Notes under the pieces: model-generated
What the model was told of the DNA's origin: nothing
Seen by the model: the letters and a program-made list of their open reading frames with translations, nothing else
Databases searched by the model: none
In this document: piece after piece, positions 53,641-64,000 of the stretch
How positions within the stretch are numbered: the first letter of the stretch is position 1
How the letters are laid out: each line of letters starts with the position of its first letter
Translations under genes and position numbers: made by a program
NCBI GenBank assembly: GCA_964016885.1
Contig: OZ024743.1
Coordinates: 143,902,001-143,966,000 of the forward strand
DNA: 64,000 bases
Direction of reading: 5' to 3'
DNA from: Eledone cirrhosa
Lineage: Eukaryota

Positions 53641-54253
53641 AAAACTTATTGACACGACGCACACACAAACACTCACACACCAATACTCATGCATACAAAC
53701 TACAACCACACATACCAACACTCATTCATGCATACAATCACACACACCACTCACAAACACATATATATACATATATTACCGACAGTACTGATACAAAATC
53801 AAAATCGTCAAAGTCAAAATCACTATCATGTCAACTGTTGACCTTTCCCAGTCCAGTTCAGCTTGTATATAATAATAATAACAATAATAATAATTGTTTG
53901 CTTTACGCTGGTAATGGCGGTGGTGGATGGTGTCAGTGTGGTGGTGGTGGATGGTATCAGTGTGGTGGTGGTGGATGGTCAGTGATGGTGGTGGCAGTTG
54001 TTGGTGCTGTAGTTGTTATTGTAGTTGTTGTCGTTGTTGCTGCTGTTGTTGTTGTTCTTCATTTCACTGCTGCTGTTGCTGCAGACAATGGTGTTGATGC
54101 TGTTATTGCTGTTGCATATATACAAATACATACATACACACACATTCAACACAGACGATGGTGTTGTTGCTGTTGTTGTTGTTGTTGGTGTTGCTGCTGT
54201 TGTTGTTGTAGTTGTTGCTGTGTTGAAGAATCTGAAAACGTGTGTTGAAACCG

Positions 54254-55321
54254 ATATTGTTATGCTTTGGGAGGGTCGTGTTGCCAATAAGAAACACATG
54301 CACCAGTTGCTTTCACTCCACTTTATTATAAATTAAATTTATAAATTTAAGAATTTATAAATTTCCGGTTGGTTGGTTGGTTCCACAACCGGACGGTTGT
54401 TCATATATTGTCAAAGTTCTTTCGGCACACATTCTGTGACCTCTTCAGTGACGGGATTTTTTCTTTGTTTTTGTGCCTCTCCTTTGTTCTGTCCTACACC
54501 ATCTTGTTTTTGTGTGTGCTGTGTGCTTAGTTTGCGCATGTGTTACATCCGGGTGTCTGTGTGTGTTTATATTTGTTTATTTATTTGTTTATTTACATGT
54601 TACTGGTTGGTTGTTTGTTCTATATGTGTGTTTTCATTTTGTCCTTAATTGTAAGTTGTGATGTTGCTATTCCATTCATGTTTTCTATTTAATTTTGGTT
54701 GGAGTTCATTTATGTTTATTGCCTCTGTGATTTGTCTAAACATTGCGTCTTTTCTGTGTGTAGATTCTATTTTTATTTCTATGTTCTCTAATTTACCCTT
54801 ATGTTATTTTAGCATGTTGGTGGAGTACAGATGATTCTTTTCTATCTTGAAGCTCTTGCCAGTGTTCATTTATCCGTTCTCCTATACAAGAGCTGTCTCA
54901 CCTATGTACACTATATTTTTATCTCTACATTGTCCTTCAGTACATCTTATGCTATATACTACATTTCTAGTTTTACAGTTAATATGGGGGCTTAGTTTAC
55001 AGATTATACATTTCTATCTATACAGGGGGGTCTTTGAAAAGGGTATGTATTGCTAATAAGTGTTTTTATGGAGGTACCTGATCTTTCTACTATCTTAATA
55101 TTGAGTTTATGTTTATCTAGGGCCCTTCTAAATTTGTAAGCTAATTCACCTCTATATTGACAATATATGAACAATCGTCCGGTTGTGGAACTAATCAACC
55201 AACCAACCGGAAATTTATAAATTCTTAAATTTATAAATTTAATTTATAATAAATTGGAGTGAAAGCAACTGGTGCGTGTGTTTCTTATTGGCAACATGAC
55301 CCTCCCAAAGCATAACAATAT
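54254..55321 (-). mobile_element. Penelope-like element 3' fragment (GIY-YIG endonuclease) between ~160-bp inverted repeats
   Basis: The - strand reads CIICKLSPHINCKTRNVVYSIRCTEGQCRDKNIVYIGETA; arms 54254-54414 and 55155-55321. Confidence 0.88.
54410..54452 (-). ncRNA. Minimal hammerhead motif downstream of the PLE ORF
   Basis: GTCA-CTGAAGA-GGTCACA(GAA)TGTGTGCC-GAAA-GAACTT-TGAC. Confidence 0.6.
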
Positions 55322-55332
55322 TATATACATAC

Positions 55333-55364
<32 letters not shown>

Positions 55365-55673
55365 GTAGGAGGTGAGTTTTATTGTAGTACAATAAAGCAA
55401 TGCAGATATCGGATAAGAAGCACTCTACAGTTTGTAGGACTGGAGTATATATAATATATAAGAACAAAAGATGGTTAAAAGAGTTCCATGTATTTTATTA
55501 TGCGCATTTCAAAAACAAATATCATCATGCAATAATATTTGTGTTTTCATCAGATAAAACAGGAAGACATGATATGAAGATTAAAAAACACTTGTGGATA
55601 GTGCAGTTTTAAATATGTTGATTTAAAACTGCACTATCCACAAGTGTTTTTTAATCTTCATATCATGTCTTCC

Positions 55674-55744
55674 TGTTTTATCTGATGAAAACACAAATAT
55701 TATTGCATGATGATATTTGTTTTTGAAATGCGCATAATAAAATA
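55674..55744 (+). ncRNA. Minimal type I hammerhead ribozyme motif (twin on - at 55491-55561; third copy on - at ~57814-57884)
   Basis: Same family as 25348-25418; CTGATGA at 55682, GAAA at 55725. Confidence 0.8.
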
Positions 55745-55774
55745 CATGGAACTCTTTTAACCATCTTTTGTTCT

Positions 55775-55807
<33 letters not shown>

Positions 55808-56142
55808 ATAATTAAAAATATACAGTGAGACACATAATAGTTAAAAATATAAATCAAGATGAATATACCCAGCTCTATAACTATATATCACACACGTGCA
55901 AATCCAAATGGAAATACTTATGGTTCATCAATGTGTGTTAAACGTATACATTCCAGACACTCTAAGAATATTTAAGATAACCGCCCTGCAACACGCGATA
56001 TAGAGAAGTGAGCGATTGCGAAGGACAGTGAACCAGCGGTCTTTGTGGGACAGGCAGCTAGAAATGGCAGCCAGTAAACCACTCAAAGTAATGTGCTTAA
56101 TCAAACAGAGAGAGTAAAGACTGTTATAACAGTATATACATG

Positions 56143-56193
<51 letters not shown>

Positions 56194-56222
56194 GTGTATG
56201 TATATATATATATGTATGTATG

Positions 56223-56293
<71 letters not shown>

Positions 56294-56294
56294 G

Positions 56295-56329
<35 letters not shown>

Positions 56330-56460
56330 ATATATATATATATATGTATAAAGAATTAGTATATCTACCAACATATTTATACAGAAGTATACTTACACTA
56401 TGAAGATATAGGTTTTGTCTTAGTAACTTTGTGGTTCAATACAAAAATGTAGAACAATTA

Positions 56461-56735
56461 TATGAAAGACGTAAAATAAGAAAATTATAATAATTAACTT
56501 ACTTACTTAAGTTTCACTCCAACTAATTCGTTTCTGAAAGGGGATATACATAGTGTTCAAAACTATGGAGAATCCTTTCTTCATCAGGAAGTCAATTCTC
56601 GGCTAAGATCCCTGGCGATAGGGGGACACAGGGAGTTTTGAACACTATGTATATCCCCTTTCAGAAACTAATTAGTTGGAGTGAAAATTAAGTAAGTTAA
56701 TTATTATAATTTTCTTATTCTACGTCTTTCATATA
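56461..56735. repeat. Fold-back element with a - strand hammerhead motif (56515-56593)
   Basis: ~100-bp arms; the - strand reads ACTTC-CTGATGA-AGAAAGG...CCTTTCA-GAAA-CGAATTAGTT-GGAGT. Confidence 0.8.
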
Positions 56736-56924
56736 TATATGTGTATGTATATATATGTATATATATATGTATATATATATATGTATATATATGTATGTAT
56801 ATGTATATATATGTATATATATATATGTATATATATGTATATGTATATATATGTATATGTATATATATGTATGTATATATATGTATATATGTATATGTAT
56901 ATATATGTATATATATACATATAG

Positions 56925-57468
56925 ACGGTAGCCACGGAGTAATAGACGGTAGCCACGGAGTAGGCAGACCCAGAAAAACCTGGGATGACTTGATAAATTC
57001 CGCCCTCACACACTTACACCTCTCCAAGACAATGTCACTGGACCGAGATCTTTGGCGGTACTCAGTAATAGAGAAGACCCAGCTTACCTAAGTGCAAAGT
57101 GAAACCTACTACAGTCAGTAGTCATCTCTAACAAAATACACCCCCGTCCCACTACCCCCACCCCTTTCAATGTAAAGTTATGTTGGTACCACAACATCCA
57201 GCCCGAAACAAATGAGGTCGTGTAGGTGTCATAACAAAAAAAACACACAGTCCACGCTGTAATGTGGCCGTGTAGGTAACCTGGTAAAAACCTCCCAGCC
57301 CCACACTGTAAATGTGGTTGGTGTTAGGAAGGGCATCCAGCCGTAGAAAACCCGCCAGACAGTCCTATGCGAGCGAGACAACCACTCTTGCCTCAAGTGG
57401 GAAAACTCCCGTCCAAACCCATGCGAGCGTGGAATATGGACGTTAAACGAAGATGATGATGATGATGT
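56925..57468 (+). mobile_element. RTE 3' end with (GAT)n tail
   Basis: GRPRKTW motif; homologous to the reverse complement of 58800-59340. Confidence 0.75.
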
Positions 57469-58513
57469 ATGTATATATGTATATATGTGTGTATATATAT
57501 ATATATTGCTTGAGCAAATCATGCCTCAGGAGCCACAGTTGCAGCCATGTTCAAAGAGAACCAGCGAACTATGATCTCCACGGTGTTGTGAGGGTTCCTG
57601 ATGCAGGACCTCAAGCCAGGGAGATTCATAGTTGTCGTCAGTGTGTGAAGGAGCGCAAGTCTCTAGCAGGTTTGAAAAGCCATATCCGAGCGTCACACAC
57701 CTGAATCTGACAAGCGATTGCAATACTCTTGGCAGAGTTTGTAGCCATCATATGTGTATGTATATATATATATATATATATATAAGATCAAAAGATGGTT
57801 AAAAGTGTTCCATGTATTTTATTATGCGCATTTCAAAAACAAATATCATCATGCAATAACATTTGTGTTTTCATCAGATAAAATAGGAAGACATGATATG
57901 AAGGTTAAAATACACTTGTGAATAGTGCAGTTTTAAATCAACAAACTGTAGAGTGCTTCTTATCCGATATCTGCATTGCTTTATTGTACTACAATAAAAC
58001 TCACCTCCTATATATATATATATGTATATATATATATGTATATATCGTAGATTGTGTTAGAAACTCATAATTGTCTTTTACAATTAAATAGCTCAAAGAA
58101 TCTTTCCGAGGTGTGTAATATAATTGGATATATGAGAGGGATGAACACACATAAGTATACACGTGTTCCAATTACAAATGACCAAATTAGCTAGGTTGAA
58201 AAATACTAATTTAAAACAATATGGTTTGCCTGACTCGGTTTAACGTAATAAATCAATAAAAATAACAAACCTATATCGGGGAATACCCTATGATACCTGG
58301 ACAGATGTAAATCTGTTTCGCAAGAATTATTAAGTGAAAGCCAGAATTCCTGTGCTCTTCTGTGGGTATCCAGGAAAATTCGTACTTTCACTTCAAATTA
58401 TCTAAGAAGACTGAACGATGCGCTAATATAAACGTACATGTCGCAGCGCAACAGGTCATTTGCAATTGGAGCACATGTATACTTATATCTGTATTCATCC
58501 CTCTCATATATCC

Positions 58514-58550
<37 letters not shown>

Positions 58551-58556
58551 TATATA

Positions 58557-58647
58557 GGAACGAGTAGGACCCCGACGGCTGAACTCAAGCCATTTCGACA
58601 GCCGTCGGAACGGGTTGAGCTCAGCCGTCGGGGTCCTACTCGTTCCC
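58557..58647. repeat. 90-bp GC-rich hairpin related to the 3' half of the 8636-8729 hammerhead
   Basis: GGAACGAGTAGGACCCCGACGGCTGA...TCAGCCGTCGGGGTCCTACTCGTTCC. Confidence 0.8.
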
Positions 58648-58727
58648 ATTACCCACTCTACTACCCTAAGTATTGAGTACTTTGGTGCGTTATGGTCCAC
58701 CTGGTTCCTTACCACATTTCCTTCGTT

Positions 58728-58777
<50 letters not shown>

Positions 58778-58789
58778 ATATATAAATAT

Positions 58790-60728
58790 ATCATCATGTT
58801 CATCATCTTCGTTTAACGTCCATCTTACACGCTAGCATGGGTTAGACGGGAGTTGTCCCACTTGAGGCAAGGCTGGTCGGGTGACCATGTCTCGCTCATA
58901 TTGGACTATCTGGCAGGTTTTCTACAGCTGGATGCCCTTCCTAACACCAACCACATTTACAGTGTGGACTGGGAACTTTTTACAGTGTTACCTACACGGC
59001 CACATTACAGCGTGGACTGCGTGTTTTTTTGTCGTGACACCTACATGATCTCAATCTCATTTATTTGGACTGGATTTTGTGGTACCAACTTTACAGAGAG
59101 AGGGTGGTGTTGGTGGGAGTGGGAGGATAGGGTAGGGGTAGTGGATTGGGGTGTATATTTGGTTAAGAGGTGCCTACTGACTTGGTTTCGCTTTGTACAT
59201 AGGCAAGGTGGGTCTTCTGTATTACTGCATGGTGCCAAAGATCTCGGTCCAGTGACATTGTCTTAGAGAGGTGCAAGTGTGTAAGGTCGGAATTTATCAG
59301 ATCGTCCCAGGTTTTCTGGGTCGACCTACTCCGTAACTACCTTCAATTTTGATCACCTTGCACTTTTTTATACAACTGTCGTCTTTCATATGCATCACTT
59401 GGCCATACCAACGTAGTCTTCTCTCAAGTAAACAGCGTCTGAACCCTCTTATTCCTAATTTCTCACTTAGTTCATTTATGCTTTGCCGTTCACGTATATT
59501 ACTATTACACATCCAACGGAGCATGCATGCTTCGTTCCTTTCCAGTCTGCGCACAATGCCCATATCTCACTGCCATGTGACATTGCTGTTCGTATGCAGG
59601 CATCATACAATCTGCCTTTCATATTTAGAGAGAAATCTTTTGTGGCCAACAGTGGTATAAGCTCTCTGAACTTTTTCCATCCTGTTCTGACTCTAGCTAC
59701 TGTAGTTTCAGAGCACCCTCCACCACTGCTGATTTTGTCACCCAGGTAACGGAAAGTGTCCACTATTTCTGGGCAATAGAAGGAGCTAGTATCCTGTGGG
59801 CACTTGCTACTTATTGCACCTGAGCATCAGCCACATATAAAGTCTACGTTCCTCGATTGTTTACCTGTGATCCCACTACATCTTTTATGTACCCATAGTT
59901 TGCATTTGGGGCATAAAATGGAATTTCTGTCTACTCCTTTCCTACACACTGAGCATGGCCATTCCCCTGAGGGCACCTGTGCCCTATTTTCCTTTCTACA
60001 AACTAGAACTTTAGTCTTAGACAAGTTAACTTTAAGGCCTTTTGATTCTAGGCCATGCTTCCATGTTTGGAATTTCTTCTCTAGTTCAGCCATGGATTCA
60101 GCTATGAGAGATAGATCATCTGTGTATAGAAATTCCCGTGGGCAGCCGATCTTGAACTCCTCTGTTATAGCCTGAAGGGCAATAATAAATGGGGGGGGCT
60201 AAGGACAAAACCTTGATGAACACCAACTTTTACGCTAAATTCTTCACAATATTCATTGTTAATTCTAACCTTACTGACTGTTTCTTTATACAAGCCATTC
60301 ATCTACACCTAGTTTTCTAAGGGCCCACCAGATAATGGAGCCGGCGACTCTGTCAAAGGCTTTCTCCAGGTCTACAAAAGCTAAGTAGAGGGGGTTTACT
60401 TTTAGCTAGATACTTCTCTTGTAGTTGTCGTTCAAGGAAAAGAGCATTTGTAGTACTTTTACCTAACACAAACCCAAACTGCATTTCTTCTAGATCAATT
60501 CGCTCTCTGATTAGTTGCACTATAACTCTTACTGTGACCTTCATGGCTTGGTCAACTAACTTAATGCCTCTATAGTTTCCCCTATCTAGAGCATCCCCTT
60601 TACCCTTGTAACAGTTAATGAGGATGCTGCTACCCCAGACTTTTGGTATGACCCCATTCTGTATTACTTGGTTAACTATACGGGTGACCATAGTATGTCC
60701 GACCATTCCAGATGCCTTCAACATCTCA
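58790..60728 (-). mobile_element. 5'-truncated RTE LINE with SINE-like 3' extension
   Basis: ORF pieces homologous to 50345-53413 (GNYRGIKL, QFGF, WVHKRCSGI, RRLRWYG). Confidence 0.9.
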
Positions 60729-60984
60729 GAAGACCCAGCTGCCTATATACAAGGGATAACAAAATATCGATATAGGTAATCCAGTTAGAGGTTGTGAATA
60801 CTTCGTATTGTGGATAGTTTTAGCGAACAGCGTTGTTTGACTCAACAAGGGGTTTACGTAGGTGGCGAGTTTATGAGTTCTCTTGCATTCCTACGTAAGT
60901 TTATCTTGGAGTAATAATATTGAAAGAGTGAAGAATCACATGGTCAACAGTACAAAAAGGGTTTTATTTACAGTCTAACAATTG

Positions 60985-62960
60985 TATAACAAAATACTGG
61001 TGTGTATTATATTTAATAAACAATTTGTGGATATATAGAACAGTATAGTTGACATGTCAATGAATAGATGAAAGAATGCAGCAAAGTTATTAGTTACCGT
61101 TTTGATTGCCAGGCGAACGCGCCTGGCCGAAGACGGCTGGCAAAGGCCAGGAGCCGGAAAGGCAAATGAGAGAGAGGGAACTTAAAGTTGTTAGTTTTAT
61201 AGGATTCTGACCGGAAGTTACAGAAAGGGTTCTACTTCCTGTCTAGAGAGCGTTAATCTATTGGGGATGTGAGTGTCACAACAAGGGAGGCAACTCCTGC
61301 TACATTATCCCCCGCCAGATTTTTAAAATATAACAATCGTATAAAATATGTATGTAGTAAGTTGGCGAGAATGTTGTAACAGGCATGAAAATTACGAAGA
61401 AATAATTGTTTGCAAAAATCAATGATAAATATCAAGGTAGCCAACCGCTCTTGGCCAGAGAACGACTGGACATCTATCTATCCATCACCCAAAGATACAA
61501 TGTAATAAAGTAAGAGAAGAGCTCAAAGTTCAAAATACTGTTCACAGGTGTGCAATCACATGACAGCAGGAAAGAAAGTGTGTTCCAGAGAATGAATGCA
61601 GGTGGTTTCTGTTCTGTGGTGTAACGTGAAATTTCCAACCTCCGAATGGATTTTCTCACAGGAAGAGTGCTGCAAAAATAAATTCTCTGGCTTGTTCTGC
61701 TGGTTTTGGTTGTTGATGAAGCTGTGTTGCTGTTGATGTTGTCTCACGGAGTGAGCGTATTCGATGTTTAAATTCACAGTAAAAAAATTTTTTTCAGAAA
61801 AAATGAGTTGCGCAAAGTGTTAGAAATAACAACCGAAGTTGATGGTCGATGTTGAGAATGCGTTGACCTGGAAGGGTCAAGAGGCTAGCGACCAAAGAAA
61901 TAAGCATTCTGAATAAATGCGCAGTTTTCAACGGCAAATTTACGTGGTAAATTTTTAAACCGGCAAATAGGAGAATATAGCTTAAGGCTGGAGAATCCTT
62001 GGCGAGAAACTTTATCTCATGGCGTGCGGCTATCTCAGTGAATCGAGAATTGTGCAGCCTACACGTGCCAATACAAGGTTAAGTTGAAAAAAAAAAAAAA
62101 TTCTATTGCGCGAGAAAATGGCGCGAAAATGATAGTGCAACAGGTCGTTGGCAGCTATTTTGAAAAAATGTGTGTGTGAAAGCGACAATGATGAAAAAGA
62201 AAGAAAGGCTTCACTTAGTATAACAAATATGGCGAGTTCAATTTTTTTTGGGGGGGGGGGGTGAATTTTGAAAAAAACTTGAACGATGAAGAAAACGATG
62301 GAAAAAAAGGCAATGGTTGAGATTCATCGAAAATAAATGTTCCTGTTGAAATGTTTTTTTAAAAAAAATCAAATTTCTTTTTTTTTTTTGTTTTTAAAGT
62401 TCGTTGTAAGAAACGAGAAACATATATATATATATATACAGTGAACTGCAACAGTTAGTGGATGCGTGAGGGAAAAAGAGTCTGTTTGAACGAAAATTTC
62501 ACATGTGCGTGTGTGCGTTTCTTTGACTGCGTAGGTTCATAGTTTGTCAATAAAATTTTGCTGCGTATTCGTAATGTTACTCACACAACACCAGATTCTG
62601 CTATTTTTTTCTTTTTTCGGGGTCACCACTTATAACAGTAAAAAAATTGGTGTGTATGAATATAACATGAGAGACGTTGTTTGTGTGTATATAGAACAGT
62701 ATAGTTGACATGTCAATGAATAGATGAAAGAATGAAGCAAAGTTATTAGTTACCGTTTTGATTGCCAGGCGAACGCGCCTGGCCGAAGACGGCTGGCGAA
62801 GGCCAGGAGCCGGAAAGGCAAATGAGAGAGAGGGAACTTAAAGTTGTTAGTTTTATAGGGTTCTGACCGGAAGTTACAGAAAGGGTTCTACTTCCTGTCT
62901 AGAGAGCGTTAATCTATTGGGGATGTGAGTGTCACAACAAGGGAGGAAACTCCTGCTACA
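60985..62960 (-). mobile_element. Non-autonomous LTR retrotransposon (Gypsy-like); LTRs 62631-62960 and 60985-61304
   Basis: ~320-bp direct repeats beginning TGTAGC on the - strand; PBS TGGTGACCCCGA (62617-62628, tRNA-Trp); PPT GGCGGGGGATAA; ATTG TSD at 60981-60984 and 62961-62964; no pol. Confidence 0.9.
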
Positions 62961-63234
62961 ATTGTTTCACTGATTAAGTTGTCTAAAAAATTTTGAACAC
63001 TTGAAGTTGTGCCACGCAATTTTAAATAATAATTGTTAGACTGTAAATAAAACCCTTTATTGTACTGTTGACCATGTTATTCTTCACTCTTTCAATATAC
63101 ATATATATATATATATAGTAATAATAATAAATTTGAAGACTAAAATCCAAAGAGGGCTCAATAAGGATCAGAAGATCCCGTTAAGGGTGAAAGCAGCGAT
63201 TCTTTGCTTAAACTTTAATCTGTTATTTTAATAA

Positions 63235-63321
63235 ATATATATATATATATATGTATATGTAAATTTACATATATATATATATATATATATATATGTATTT
63301 GTATATATACATATATATATG

Positions 63322-63354
<33 letters not shown>

Positions 63355-63804
63355 GTATATGTATATATATATATATGTATATGTATATATATACACACAT
63401 ATATATATGTATATATATATGTATATATATATATGTATATGTATATATATATGTATATATATATGTATATGTATATATATATGTATATATATATGTATAT
63501 GTATATATATATGTATATGTATATATATATGTATATATATATGTATATGTATATATATATATGTGTATATGTATATATATATGTATATATGTATATATAT
63601 ATGTATATGTATATATATATGTATATATATATGTATATGTATATATATATGTATATGTATATATATATGTATATATATATGTATATGTATATATGTGTAT
63701 ATGTATATATATATGTATATGTATATATATATGTATATATATATGTATATGTATATATATATGTATATGTATATATATATGTATATATGTATATATATAT
63801 ATGT
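63235..63804. repeat. (TA)n/(TATG)n microsatellite (similar at 49380-49530, 50093-50325, 56133-56350, 56731-56922)
   Basis: Direct inspection. Confidence 0.95.
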
Positions 63805-64000
63805 ACGAGGTGTGTAAGAAAAGTTCCAGGACTGATGTCACAAAAGATTTATTTCAAACCCAAACTTCACACTAAGAGTTTTCACCTTCAAAGTAATCCC
63901 CCTGGAATCTAATGCACCTTTCTATCCTTTTCTGCCACTCTTGCATGCACTCCTGGAAGGATTCTTCCAGGATCCTCTGCAGTTCCGTCGTCACGGCCTT
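63804..64000 (-). mobile_element. Mariner transposon end with transposase C-terminus (stop at 63872-63874), runs off the window
   Basis: TACGAGGTGTGTAAGAAAAGTTCC TIR; ...[29 protein letters not shown]. Confidence 0.88.

Noticed and set aside
63215-63912. Long Y/I/H/M/C-rich ORFs (also at 49271-49748, 50092-50449, 55928-56403, 56704-57091)
   Set aside because: Translations of TA/TATG microsatellites.

Overview
AT-rich, repeat-dense eukaryotic (animal) genomic DNA. The abundant RTE LINEs, Nin-domain/RTE-tailed and Meta-domain SINEs, and long (TA)n and (CAT)n tracts suggest a coleoid cephalopod, probably an octopus (inference). Six small + strand exons (15082-45435) with canonical splice sites and matching phases splice into the N-terminus of a PLEKHG5-like RhoGEF; the gene continues beyond the window. 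The introns hold a nearly intact RTE LINE (one stop codon in a ~1020-codon ORF that includes a PHD-like finger), a full-length decayed CR1-type LINE, a non-autonomous LTR element (tRNA-Trp PBS, 4-bp TSD), piggyBac- and Tc1/mariner-type MITEs, Helitron-like ends and many SINEs. The most striking signal is a dense set of Penelope-like-element (PLE) relics and short fold-back elements sitting in (TA)n tracts. Many carry type I hammerhead ribozyme motifs, three with a compensatory U3-A8 core, often paired with their own antisense copy inside the host pre-mRNA. Most ORFs in the supplied track are microsatellite or antisense artefacts. Repeat boundaries are approximate and all folds were done by eye.
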